Shown piece by piece: positions 32,836 through 44,032 of a DNA stretch of 64,000 bases. Made by a program: the position numbers and the translations under genes. A model generated the notes under the pieces. It saw nothing but the letters and a program-made list of their open reading frames with translations, was not told where the DNA came from and ran no database searches. Source of the stretch: Babesia bigemina (Eukaryota); assembly GCF_000981445.1 (NCBI RefSeq), contig NC_027216.1:868001-932000 (forward strand). Reading direction: 5' to 3'. Numbering within the stretch: the stretch's first letter is position 1; the number at the start of each line of letters is the position of its first letter.

Positions 32836-35800
32836 TTAAATAAAAGAGTTTAGTGAAGAAGGGGTGACGGAGGTCGTAGGAGGCAAGTCGTCGTCGGACT
32901 TTATCGTATCGGCCAGGCCCACCAGGTCGCCGGGCGCCTGATTGACCCTCAGCAGGCCCCAGAGCTGCACGAAGGCATGGTTCAGGTACTCCTCGCTCAC
33001 GCCAAACTTGCATGTGTTCTGCAACACGTGAACGAAGCGCTCGACGCCCCTCAGCATCTGGTAGTACTCGGCGTGCTCCGTGAGCAGAACCAGGCTCTGC
33101 GGGGTCACGGAGCCGTTGAACTGGATGGGGCCGGGGTTGCTGAACAGGTCATCGAACAGCCACTTCTTACGGGCCATCGTGAGCTTTTTGAACGCCTTGC
33201 TCTTCAGACTAACCGTCGAGCTGGGAATAATGGGCAGCTCACCCTTCTTGTACGAGTTCAGCGACAGCGCTGTCAAAATGTTAGGCTCGACCTTCATCAG
33301 GCTGGTCAGCGGGACGGCGAACAGCTTCCAGTCCTTGACCGTGCCGCACAGGCCGCGGATAGAGCAGCAAACGCCAGTCAAACGGCTCTCCACGGAGATG
33401 GCAGCCAGGTGACCGTAGGCGAACGCAAGGCTGCAGTCGAACTCGGACGGCATGCAGCACCGCCCCTGGTAACCGAAGTAATGCGTGACAGCGGCGTAGT
33501 TGCCGCGGTACTCGCCCTTCGCTTTGCGCACGTTCAGCTCTTCCTTCACCATCTTCGCCAACATAATCTCAATGTCCAGGCGCTCCAACGCCACCTCGGT
33601 GTCGAAGTTCAGCAACTCGCTGCGAATGTACGTTGGCAGCGACGTGAACACGCCAAGGCTCCACGGGGTCATCTTGTGCACCCACTCGTTGCCATTGTCA
33701 TTACCCTTGCTGTAGTTCAAGAAGCTGTCAACGGCCTCGCGGCGCTTGCCAGCAGCGGTGGCCTCCATCAGCACCGCGCGCAGCTCCGTGAGCATGGATT
33801 TGGTGTTGGGGAGGTGCAAAACCAAATGATCGGGGATCAGCACCGTACCGTAGTTCTTTCCCATCACGGCACGCTTGCACACGGCGTCGGCAATGTCACG
33901 CACAACGTCGAACAGGGTCTTGTCGGCTGAGCCATACTCCTCAGCAATGATGATAAAGTTGGGGTGGGTTTGCAGCGCGCATTCCAGCACTTCCAAACTG
34001 GGGTAGCGACCCAGAATCTTTACAAAATGCCAATATTTCGGCATGCTAACGGCGTCTGTCAGAACGTTCCCGACCAGAGCGGCGTACAATTGCGCGTTGG
34101 AGTCAAATCCAACGCAGCTCTCAATTAGCGGGCCCGCCAGGCCATTTGAGCCTGCGACGGGTACACCGACAACGCAAATATTGCTATTCTTGCTCAAGAA
34201 ATACTCGGTCAACAGGGCGGCCTGCGTCATCGCAGATTCGTCGCCCAGTATCACCAGGCCATCCAGGCCCAGAGACGTGCAGGTCTTCAGCGCCAAACCC
34301 CAATTTTCGGGGTCGTGGAAGTAGTGCACGCGAGAACGGTGGACCAACTCGAGTCCACCTTGGTTGCGGAAGAGATCGAAGTCGCCAGCCGACAGCTCAA
34401 TGTAGTCACCCTCGACCAAACCGCGCGCGCCATTGAAGGCCACGCAGCTGCTGCCGCGAAGAGCCAGGCGCTCATAGAGACCCCATATTACGTTCAACAC
34501 GCCGGGCGCCTGCTTGGTCAGGACAACCACGCCGACTTTCATGGGGACGTTCACATCCTCCTGGTTCAGCTCCACCTCCGGGTACTGGCTCACAACCTCG
34601 TACAGGTTGAAGTGGCAGCGACGGATCATGTACGGGTAGTTGAGCGCCACCTGGTTGCGCGTGTAGGGGTCGTTGCTCAGAACCTGCTTGAACATCTTCA
34701 TGCGCGCACGCTTGTCGCTGCACAGCGTCGGGATCGGAGGCCGCACACCCAAGCGGTTGCGCTGAAGCGGACTCATGCAGTCGATGTGGCGCTGCAGGAG
34801 GAAACGGGACTTTGAGTCAGCGGCGGACTTGGGCTTGCCCACCAGGTCCTCCACAGTGGGGTCGGCAATGCAGAAGCACCGCTCGCTGTCGCTGTCAAAG
34901 AGCTGAATCGGGCCGGGAGACCGATAGAGATCCTCGTACGCCCAAGTGTCACGCACCTTTTCGAATACCTTGAAAAGGTTGCCGTCGAGGTTGAGCAGGG
35001 TCTTGCGAATCGCCGGCACGCGGCGACCTCCCAGGTCGATCATCTGCATGAGGTGCAAAAACGGTACACCCAGCGGCGTCCAATCGGATATAGGGGACTT
35101 GAGGTCCCTAATGACGGACATGTAGCCGTTGCGTTGGGCGTTGATGAGCACACCGGCGTTGTAACCCAGGGAGTAGCAGTACGCGCCGTCGAAGTCCGAC
35201 GGCATGGCACAGCGGCCTTCGTAGCCGAAGTAGTGGGTCATGAAGGTCAAAGAGGCCAAGTGCTCCAGCTTACGCTGCGCGATCCTCGCTTCCACCAGCA
35301 TCAGCAGCAGACGCTCAGTGGCTATCTTGGCCAGCATCACGTAGCCCGTGGCTTCACGGTCCATCAGCAGCTGCTCGCGGATGTTGTCCGGCAGCGCTTC
35401 CCAGGTGGCGCGGCTCTTAGTCAGCCTCTCAGGCGCGAGGTGGGTGACAGGGCCCTCCGATTTTAGGATGATCTCGTTCAACTCGGTGATCAGAACGTTG
35501 ATCTCGGGGATGAACTCGATGAGGCCCTCGGGAATCAGCACCACGCCGTACGGCTTGCCCATGTGGTAACGCTTTTCCATCAGGTTCACGATGTCGTCGA
35601 CGATGGAGGAAAGAGACTGCTGCTTTCGGCGGACCTCCTCCCCAATCAGAACTACGTTCGGGTGCGTCTGCATACCGCACTCCAAGGCCAAATGGGACGC
35701 GGAACGACCCATGACGCGAATGAAATGGTAAGTGTACTGAGTGCTGCTGGCGTCGGTGCACAGGTTGCCAATGAGCTCGGAGTACGTGCGCGCAGCGGTG

Positions 35801-36747
35801 TCGAACCCGAAGCTCACCTCGATGTTGTGCGATTGCACGTCGCCGTCCACAGTTTTCGGGACGCCGACCACGCAGCAGGGCTTGCGCAGCACCGGGTGAC
35901 CGTCATCGATGTCAGCAGACTGGCGCCACGCGAAGTGGTTGGCGAGCAGCGCGGCGTTGCTGTTCGAGCCGTCACCACCTACGATAATCAAACCGTCCAA
36001 ATCCAGGTCGTTGACGGCCTCGACGGCACGGTCGAGGTCAGCCATGCCGGTCACCTTGCCGCGACCGGACAGCAGCATGTTGAAACCACCCATGTTGCGG
36101 AACTTTTCCATCAAGTCATAAGAAACGATCTCGTGCTGGCGATTCAGAAAACCGTCCAGACCGCCATGGAACCCTATAAGTTGGGACTGCGTGTTGCGCA
36201 GGTACAAATAGTCGAAGACACCGGCGATAACGTTATGGCCACCGGGGGCGGGGCCGCCACTCAGAACCATACCGATTTTCATGGTAGGGTGGGTACTCGT
36301 GGCGGAACATAGCACCTGGGGCTGCACCGAAACCATTTTGTTACCGGCAATGTGCCCCAGAACACCAGACAACTCCTCAAAGTCACGCAAATCCTCACCG
36401 CTGCTCTCGTGCTCCTCCAACAGGTGAAAATCGAATTGCAACAGTTTCGGCAACTCGATATCACGGTTCGTGTACTGCCACTGACAGCAGCTCTTGGACG
36501 TGTAGCACGAATTGATGCGCTTCAGCTCATCCCCTGGAAACGCATGACACCACGGCGCTGGCAACCAACCCTCTGACAGCTCGTTCCCCACATTGCACGC
36601 AAAGTCCACTGTGTTGTGTTGCTTCATCGGCGCCGACTGCATGCCGCCCCGGCTGTTGGCGGAGCGGCGGATCGCAGTCGCCCTCGGGGTGATGTGGAAG
36701 CGGCTGCGGCGCCTCTCCACGGCATCGTCCCTATTGGTATATTGCAT
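32836..36747 (-). CDS. PFK: 6-phosphofructokinase, PPi-PFK family, fused beta/alpha halves (apicomplexan PFK9-like)
   Basis: SGGPAPGGHNVI, GGDGSN, PKTVDGD, MGRSASH, THYFGYEGR, with a duplicated degenerate second half. The ORF is open to 36948 (GTG); first ATG at 36747. Confidence 0.96.
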   Translation of the reverse strand: MQYTNRDDAVERRRSRFHITPRATAIRRSANSRGGMQSAPMKQHNTVDFACNVGNELSEGWLPAPWCHAFPGDELKRINSCYTSKSCCQWQYTNRDIELPKLLQFDFHLLEEHESSGEDLRDFEELSGVLGHIAGNKMVSVQPQVLCSATSTHPTMKIGMVLSGGPAPGGHNVIAGVFDYLYLRNTQSQLIGFHGGLDGFLNRQHEIVSYDLMEKFRNMGGFNMLLSGRGKVTGMADLDRAVEAVNDLDLDGLIIVGGDGSNSNAALLANHFAWRQSADIDDGHPVLRKPCCVVGVPKTVDGDVQSHNIEVSFGFDTAARTYSELIGNLCTDASSTQYTYHFIRVMGRSASHLALECGMQTHPNVVLIGEEVRRKQQSLSSIVDDIVNLMEKRYHMGKPYGVVLIPEGLIEFIPEINVLITELNEIILKSEGPVTHLAPERLTKSRATWEALPDNIREQLLMDREATGYVMLAKIATERLLLMLVEARIAQRKLEHLASLTFMTHYFGYEGRCAMPSDFDGAYCYSLGYNAGVLINAQRNGYMSVIRDLKSPISDWTPLGVPFLHLMQMIDLGGRRVPAIRKTLLNLDGNLFKVFEKVRDTWAYEDLYRSPGPIQLFDSDSERCFCIADPTVEDLVGKPKSAADSKSRFLLQRHIDCMSPLQRNRLGVRPPIPTLCSDKRARMKMFKQVLSNDPYTRNQVALNYPYMIRRCHFNLYEVVSQYPEVELNQEDVNVPMKVGVVVLTKQAPGVLNVIWGLYERLALRGSSCVAFNGARGLVEGDYIELSAGDFDLFRNQGGLELVHRSRVHYFHDPENWGLALKTCTSLGLDGLVILGDESAMTQAALLTEYFLSKNSNICVVGVPVAGSNGLAGPLIESCVGFDSNAQLYAALVGNVLTDAVSMPKYWHFVKILGRYPSLEVLECALQTHPNFIIIAEEYGSADKTLFDVVRDIADAVCKRAVMGKNYGTVLIPDHLVLHLPNTKSMLTELRAVLMEATAAGKRREAVDSFLNYSKGNDNGNEWVHKMTPWSLGVFTSLPTYIRSELLNFDTEVALERLDIEIMLAKMVKEELNVRKAKGEYRGNYAAVTHYFGYQGRCCMPSEFDCSLAFAYGHLAAISVESRLTGVCCSIRGLCGTVKDWKLFAVPLTSLMKVEPNILTALSLNSYKKGELPIIPSSTVSLKSKAFKKLTMARKKWLFDDLFSNPGPIQFNGSVTPQSLVLLTEHAEYYQMLRGVERFVHVLQNTCKFGVSEEYLNHAFVQLWGLLRVNQAPGDLVGLADTIKSDDDLPPTTSVTPSSLNSFI

Positions 36748-37462
36748 GCATTCTACCGAAGCAACATTTTTCGGGCTCGCGCACCCGCTCTCAAGGCCAA
36801 GCACATCAGGAGCATCGCTGGAAAACAGACGCGACCTTGAGTGGCCCACTGCGCAAGAATTAGACGAGACAACTCGCAAATGTCGGCCACACCCATACAC
36901 AACAAAATACCTCACAGCACGCTCGACGTACAACGTCACACACCGCAAAAGTCACCGCAGGCAAGAAAAGGGCGCCGCGAACTAAACGAAAGAGTTGACC
37001 AGCAACATACCTGAGCTGCCGAATAGCCTCTCCTGCGACATTTTGTCAGCTGGAATGCTAAAAAGGCCGATAATTGATACTAAAGGCTGAGGTGCACAGT
37101 CGACTAGGTACCGCCGGTATTTTTGCCGGGGTGCGTGAAGAGGACAATACGACAGGGAGGCACACGGCGGCACAAAAACGGAGAATGGCAGTCTACGTGT
37201 CCCGTCCGGTACTCCGTATCATGTTTTAAATTTTAGGTTGCAAAAATTCGTGTGGGAGCGGGTAGACGCTGTGGGCGGACCATCCAACGGCCCAACTCAT
37301 GCTCAGACAACCGCTTGACATTCGTGCCGGGTGCCGGCTGCGGCAGTTGCAGCTTCACTGCCGTCAACGTCGCCAGCGATTGCGGGGCATATAAATTTTG
37401 ACGCAATCACTGCGAAGGGCGCAGAATGCGACTATTGCCCGGCTGAAGTAGTATAGCGCAGA

Positions 37463-37474
37463 ACACACACACAC
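37463..37474. promoter_or_regulatory. (AC)6 tract in the divergent PFK/guanylate kinase intergenic region; candidate ApiAP2 CACACA site
   Basis: acacacacacac is seen directly; the regulatory role is inference. Confidence 0.3.
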
Positions 37475-37611
37475 GTGACCCAAAGGCTACCGTACAACTC
37501 GTACGCCGAGCACGAACTTGCCGTTTCCTAACAAAAATAGTAGTTATAATAGTAGTTATCGCACCATACCCGTAATCCGCGTACCGTCCGAGCAGCGCTG
37601 GGAAGATACGC

Positions 37612-38277
37612 ATGATGTCTGAAGCGCTAGCAGTTAAAGTTTCAGATGAAATGAGTCAAAAAATGGATGAAAAGCCCATGTTCGTAATAGTGGGTCCATC
37701 GGGTGTCGGGAAGACAACGCTATACAAGATGCTGCTCAAGGAATTCGAGCACCTGTTCGAGCTCAGCATCAGCTATACCACTCGACCCATTCGAAAAAAT
37801 GAAACTAACGGAATCCACTACCACTTCGTCACCGAGGAGGCGTTCAACGAGATGAAGGACGCAGATGAGTTCCTCGAGTGCACGTCGTACGTGGGCAACC
37901 AGTACGGCACCGCAGTACGCGAAATCAAGCGCATACAAGGGTCCAACAAGGTCCCCCTCCTGGAAATCGAAATCGATGGTTTCGGCAAGGTCAGGCGTAA
38001 GGGGTTGCCTTTGCGCAGCGTGTTCGTGACGACGAGTGACGTGGAGAGCCTCAGAAACAGACTCATAAGCCGTGGAGGCCACAACATCACCGATATGGAT
38101 AAGCGCTTGAAAAGGGCTATGGAGGAGATGAAAGAGGCCAACGACGCTTCGTTCGACGTCATACTGGTGAACGACGATCTAAATGTTGCCTATGCGCAAC
38201 TCAGAGATCACGTGTTGAAGTGGTACGGGCTACCCAACACCGACAAAAAACAAGATGAACCAAGCGGGCAGAGCTAA
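37612..38277 (+). CDS. GUK1: Guanylate kinase
   Basis: P-loop GPSGVGKT, SYTTRPIRKNETNGIHYHF, YVGNQYGT, FDVILVNDDL. Confidence 0.96.
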   Translation: MMSEALAVKVSDEMSQKMDEKPMFVIVGPSGVGKTTLYKMLLKEFEHLFELSISYTTRPIRKNETNGIHYHFVTEEAFNEMKDADEFLECTSYVGNQYGTAVREIKRIQGSNKVPLLEIEIDGFGKVRRKGLPLRSVFVTTSDVESLRNRLISRGGHNITDMDKRLKRAMEEMKEANDASFDVILVNDDLNVAYAQLRDHVLKWYGLPNTDKKQDEPSGQS

Positions 38278-38439
38278 CGCTTTGAAATCTTAAACAAGAG
38301 CATTTACCCAAACAAGCTTTTGTATTTGGGTGACAAATGAGTTCGAAGTGGTCAATGGAATCATATTCGACCATGGAATCACAGTTGTCCAAACGACATG
38401 CAACGTCCTATTCGGGCAGAGTGAGCTCACTACATGGCG

Positions 38440-39060
38440 CTACATGTGTCCGCCATCTCCAGTGTGGACGTCTGAGTGCGGGGTGAGGGATCCATAGCGG
38501 TCAGCACGCAGCTGCAAACACATGTGTGAAGGGCTATGGATACCTACATTGGCGTGCTGCTGGTTCAGCATACCGCGCAGCATCGAAAGCGCGCCGTAGA
38601 GCGCACCTACAGTTAATACCGACGCGACTACCGCGCCGATGTTGCGGAAGTGACTCAAGGAGCTGTTTTTGTAACGCTCAAAATCGGCCTCGCGGGCCGC
38701 CATGTCCTCGAGGGTGAGTTCCAACGCTGTGTTAGAGAACATCGATCTGAATGCCAGTAATTAAGCCCCAAACGTTTACACATACCGCTTGTCCAGCAGC
38801 GAATCGCTGCCCGCAAATGGCTCCTCATGCTTCATCCTGGCGCACAGCGTAGTCAGACCGCGCCGGCTGCCCTTCCAGCCAGACGAAACTGTAGAATCCT
38901 GGTCCCTAGCAGACGAACCCCATGCTGTGCTAGTTTTGGGCAGCACGGGGTACGGACTCCAGAGCGCAGGAGCCAGGAAGGCGCGCCTTCCGGCAGCGCG
39001 AGCACTGCACTCAGAATAGAGAAATGCCCACGATAAAACCCAGCCTAACCACTGGCGCAT
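38440..39060 (-). CDS. Small single-TM protein with signal and transit-like leader (apicoplast candidate), 2-3 exons
   Basis: ORFs 38776-39060 and 38440-38742 join via a GTATGT...CAG intron. Hydrophobic N-terminus, R/S-rich leader, TM IGAVVASVLTVGALYGAL. Confidence 0.6.
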
Positions 39061-39187
39061 CTTCTATAGGTGCTGTACCAACATTAGTCTGCAACTATAG
39101 CCGCGGTACGACCGCACATATTGGTGCGTGCCCTCGACGTGCAACGCTGGCGTCGGCCGAACACACCGCGACAGCACAGTTCGAACT

Positions 39188-39481
39188 ATGCTAGGGAGAA
39201 TCACAAATATAAAACTGTTTAGACGTCTGCAGCGATTTGATAAGCGCAGTGGATTTTTCACAATAGGAGGGCCCACCCTGCTCGTTCTGTTCACCGTCCT
39301 CGTCGCTGGGACCGTGATCGTAGACAAGCAACTGGAGTGCAAATTTGCGCGTGCAAGCAGCCTCTCCAAGCGAGAACTCACTCTCAGAGAGGAGCACGAT
39401 GAAATGCTGAAGATGCTCTCCGCCGTTACGCCAACGGACCAACTAGACAACTCAGTTCCCTTGCCGAAGATCGAGGAGTAA
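39188..39481 (+). CDS. COX16-like cytochrome c oxidase assembly factor
   Basis: 97 aa: basic presequence, FFTIGGPTLL-TM, TLREEHDEM and C-terminal LDNSVPLPK, the COX16 architecture. Assignment is by motif recall only. Confidence 0.55.
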   Translation: MLGRITNIKLFRRLQRFDKRSGFFTIGGPTLLVLFTVLVAGTVIVDKQLECKFARASSLSKRELTLREEHDEMLKMLSAVTPTDQLDNSVPLPKIEE

Positions 39482-39582
39482 AATGGATCAGTGGTACCAG
39501 CAGATACGTATAACGCACTTGGACGTGCCGGAGGAACAGGCGAAATTCCGGGCGTTCGCAGGTCGGTTCGGAAGCTGCGAAG

Positions 39583-40611
39583 ATGATACCGCCCGCAGGG
39601 ACAGTGGAAGATGTTGTGAACGGCAAAACCGACGACACCATCAACGCGTGGAGAGGGAAGAATGTTATCGGTGGGATCGGTATGCAGGAGATGAGGCATG
39701 GCGCTGCAGGCATCACGGCGAATCGCAATATGGCAGTGGGAGAGGTCGTAGACAACCATGCCATCTCCCGCATAGTTGTCCTCCCAGAAAACTCGAAAAT
39801 CGCAACGCAATATATAGTCAACAACGCTCTGAGGCTGTGCAGGACCGTCATGTGTAGGTGGCGTTTAAGGGCGCCTCACAAAAACGCAGGCGAAAACATG
39901 CACCTGAGGACGGTTGAAAACGAAGCTGTGGTAATCATAGCGGGGTCGATGGTAATGATTTCCATGCGTCGTCATCAATGGCTGTCAGGGCTCAGCAGTT
40001 CCGTATCTGCAGTGGCTGCTAATCAAGGGTGTCAGGGTCATGCTGTATCTGCCGCCAACAGAGGTGGGTCATCGCGCACTCCGAAGCTGCGGATCTTAGT
40101 GGCAACGGGCAACATAGAACTGCAGAACGGCGATAATGAGAAATATGTGGAAGAGCACGACTACAAGCACGGCCTTTTCAACCATCCGCAGTTCAAATCG
40201 ATCTCAGCAAATGGTTTGTTAGTAGCAATAAGCGCGACACGGCATGCAGTCATCATCAGGCGCAAGCCTGTTGCAGTCATAGCCGAGGATGTACTCACAC
40301 TGACGGGTGGGATGGGGGCCAGTTCAATCACGGTGCTGCCTGACGCCGTGAAGGACTTTAAGGCGGCGGAAGTACAAGTGAGTAGACAGTCGCTGCTCGC
40401 CGCCGGAATAGGCTGCCGCATAGTGTGGCACCAGCCCCTCGAACAGGTAGACCCGTGCGAGGCAAAATGCCTCTTTGAGAAAAGCAGCTCGCTGGAATTT
40501 TTCAACTTTGACACGACGCTGCAGTCCCACGGCAGCGACGGACTCGTGCAGCATGCCCTGCTGGAAACGGTCAAAAGGGCCACACATAATACGATTTATG
40601 TCGAACGGTGA
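39583..40611 (+). CDS. Hypothetical protein, 342 aa
   Basis: Long ORF filling the gap between two genes. No recognised motif; exon structure uncertain. Confidence 0.45.
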   Translation: MIPPAGTVEDVVNGKTDDTINAWRGKNVIGGIGMQEMRHGAAGITANRNMAVGEVVDNHAISRIVVLPENSKIATQYIVNNALRLCRTVMCRWRLRAPHKNAGENMHLRTVENEAVVIIAGSMVMISMRRHQWLSGLSSSVSAVAANQGCQGHAVSAANRGGSSRTPKLRILVATGNIELQNGDNEKYVEEHDYKHGLFNHPQFKSISANGLLVAISATRHAVIIRRKPVAVIAEDVLTLTGGMGASSITVLPDAVKDFKAAEVQVSRQSLLAAGIGCRIVWHQPLEQVDPCEAKCLFEKSSSLEFFNFDTTLQSHGSDGLVQHALLETVKRATHNTIYVER

Positions 40612-40750
40612 CATAGTTAACGATAGACTCGTACGACAACGCGCAGGCGCGCTTCACACGGAAGCCGCGCGACGCGACGCGGCGTACCTATGGGGGTTTC
40701 CAAGCGGCCGAGAAACGGCTCCGCCCGCTCGTGTGATGGTGTGATTAGAA

Positions 40751-43700
40751 ATGATCGTACTGGAACATATAAGCACGCTTCTATGCTCCGCCGACGCGGA
40801 AGCTCGTCGCAGAGCGTATGTGCGCAGCCTTCAAAAGTACAATGACGCCTCAGGAACGAGTATCTGGTCAAATGGCAGCAGAGCGTCGAGGCGTGGCAGG
40901 AAGCCCACGCTTTGATCGCCGGAAACTACCCGGTGGAGGTGAGACGCCGCGATCGACGGAAATAGACACACGCAGGCAAAACTCATCGGGGCGCAGACGC
41001 TGCGCACTAAACTGATGTATGACTTCTATCAGCTTCCTGCAGAGTCAGTGGAGCAGTTGTGCGAAATACTGATGTCTTACCTTGCCGACCCCAACCTTCC
41101 GTAAGTACAGCTAGCGGAAGCGACATGCAAACGCAGGCGAAACATATCAACAACGCTTTGCCTCGCAGTGTGCGACCTCGCTACGCAGGCCGCAGAAGTG
41201 TGGGCATCGCCACTCGAGTACTTCATCGCATGTTACAGCAGGGGTGCGCTGCCCGTCAGGACGCTCCTGCTGCTCATACAGTTCCTGGCGGAAGAGGCCG
41301 CAAACACGAGGGTCGTAGTCCCCCCAGATGTCAGAAACAGAGTTAAGCAGAATCTGAAACGCGACTATTCAAATTTGCTCGAATTCCTGGTCAATCTCAG
41401 GGCCTCGGGCAACGACGTCGAAATAACCAGCGCCATTTTCAGGTGTTGGCACAGCTGGAGGAGGCTCGACAACTTCGCAGCGAACGGGCAAGCATGCAAC
41501 ATGTTCATCAACGACTGCCTGCTGGTGGTGAGCAGGCCAAACGCGCGCGGCGAGCATGGGATCGATGACGAGACTTACGAAGCAGCCATGGATTGCATGA
41601 TTGACTGTCTCTACGAGGTGGCGGACCTCACCCAGCAGATCAAGGAGAAAGCGGAGGCCTCAAGCACAGATGTCGAATACTTCAAGCAGGCAAAAAACGA
41701 CCTGCAGCATGTGGTGCGCGCGGCGTTCGACCTCTGTGTCACGGACGAGTTCAACGGCTTCCTTGTGGAGGCATTCAGAACGAACGACCGGATGATGTTA
41801 GGATGTTTCTCAAACCTGGTGATTGCGCTCATCTACGCGCTCGATTTGAAGCTCATTGATGAGCACCCGCAGGTCAGCAGGTTGCTGAACCTGGTGACCC
41901 GATTCATCGAATTGCCGTACTGCATCGTATTCCCCCGGTTAAGCACTGACGACGAACCCAACACGATCAACTGCTTCTCCAAGCACTACAACCGTCTGGC
42001 GGTACGTATCCAAGCCCTCCAGCTGCTAGCCAACTGTGACCCGGCGGAGTTTTGTTCCATTGACGAAGAAGTTGTCGCTTACACAAAGAGGAGCGTGTCC
42101 GTGTTGCTGAGCGTCCTGCAAGGGGAATCGCCGAACTGCCAAACTGCGAGGGACGTGGGAAAACAGCTGCTGGAAATCGTTATATTTGTTGCGACTAGGC
42201 CTGGGTGCGTGGGGAAGGCTGACAACGTGGAGTATGAGAACTACGTAGCGGAGGTCTACGATGTCATTCCCTACCTAACCAGGTTGCTGCAAACCGACGA
42301 GGTTTTCGAAACGGTAAAGGAGCACACGGTGGACAACGGGAACTTCGCTGCATCGCATTACGGCCTGGAATCGTGCTTCAGGGCGCTGGGGGCGACCATC
42401 TCGGCGCTCGACATGAAAAGTGCCTCTCAGAAGAACGTGGCGGCAATAGCTTCGGTCATCGAGGGAGTAGACAAGCTGCTGCATGACCGCATGCCAACGG
42501 AACTCAGGGAGTGGTACTGCTGGGAGGCCGCCATACGTTTCCTGAAGAATGCGAGGCGCGTGATCATGCTCGACAAAACGGAGGTCCTTGCGCAAAAAGT
42601 GACGGGGCTGCTCTGCGGAGCCTACCTTGTGGCACTTGGCAGCAACACGCCGCTGGCGGCGCAGATCGAGGAATCGGTGGTTTCAAGCCTCTCGGAGGTG
42701 TGTTCACACTTGCGGTTGGGGAGGCTGCGCAACTGGGAGCCGATTTTGCAAAATCTCGGATTGTGCATCCAACGTGCGGAACAAGAGCAGACATTCGCTC
42801 TCATGCTCATAGAGGGGACGGGGAACGCCATCAGCGACCTGCCGCCGGAAACCGTCGCTGTTATCATTCAGCAGCTAAGCCATGCGTGGTTCCAGCAACT
42901 GGAGGCCGTCGCGCGGAACGAAGTTACATTGGACGCGGTAGAAGTAAGTAAGCTTACCACCAAAATTTCTACGCTCTTGAGGAGCATTAGAATGAAGAAC
43001 ATACTACACGCCCTCATCAAAGAAAAGATAGTGCCGCTCATGTGTCTGCTGCTCGAAAAATACCACCAGCAGCCCAACACTGTGGAGTGCATATGCAGGT
43101 GTCTCAAACACGCAGCCAAGAGCATAGGACGCGAATTTGCGCCGTTTGTGCATCAAGTAGTGCAGACCGTTGGAAAAGTGGCCAATGAGTGCATCTGGAG
43201 CACGTACCTCTACGTCGTAGAGTGGTTGTACTCCGTCTTGCCGCCCAACCAGCCGGAACAGGAGGAGGTGAAGCAGCTATACTCCGCGCTTACCAAGATC
43301 ACGTTAGGCGTACTTGCCAAGAAGGACGTTCCAGATGAAATGCGCGAGGACCCAGAGCAGCTGATCGAGGACTTCTTCGGACTCCAAACCAGGTTCGTCA
43401 AAAACTCCCCGGAATGCTTCGACAGCGAAGCGGTATTCCGCGAGATTGCGGCGACGAGCATTGCATGCTTCAACATGCGCCAGCCTCACTGGATATTCGA
43501 GTTTTGGATCACACTGGTGGAGACGGAGGTTCTGCTCAAAAAGTTCGACAAAGTAGCGATGGATTACCTGCCGAAGTGCGTCGAGCAATCATTCCAGTTG
43601 CTCGGCAGCGGCTGCCGAGCGTCGGTGGAGCACTGCGTCGAGGACTTTATCGAGTCACTCGTGCGCCTTATTGGGAACGACGTGGCAGGTTGGCTCCAGA

Positions 43701-43858
43701 TGGGTCTAGAGAAACTGCCTACGGCCGTGCTGCCGAACCCGCGCCAGAAGAACATCATGCTGCAGGCGCTCCTCTCCAAAACATCCCATAAGGCAGTCTA
43801 CGAGTTGCACAAGCTGTGCTGCCAGGTGGTCATGCGGAACCGTACCAACTTAACTTGA
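40751..43858 (+). CDS. Transportin-SR/Mtr10-like importin-beta family protein, 4 exons
   Basis: Three short 5' introns give MIVLEHISTLLCSADAEARRRANEYLVKWQQSVEAW...GAQTLRTKLMYDFYQLP. The distal ECICRCLKHA and WSTYLYV motifs are typical of TNPO3/Mtr10. Confidence 0.85.
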
Positions 43859-44032
43859 GTTTTAATGTAGCACTAACGTACATGCCCACCACGTCGACAA
43901 AAAGCCGGACGCTGCGGACGCCATGGCCCAAATTGGAAATATCAAGCGACAAATTAGCCTATAAAGGAGTAAAAATCAAACTAAAATGTTTACTTATTGT
44001 GTTAGACTAAGCCTACACCGACGTCACGTCGT

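Noticed and set aside
36748..36948. 67-aa N-terminal extension of PFK from a GTG start, resembling a targeting peptide
   Set aside because: No ATG there; probably open 5'UTR. It cannot be supported without TSS or ribosome profiling data.
39483..39857. 124-aa ORF starting 1 nt after the COX16-like stop
   Set aside because: It overlaps the longer 39583-40611 frame and is Arg-rich off-frame-like in its distal half. At most it may supply a first exon.
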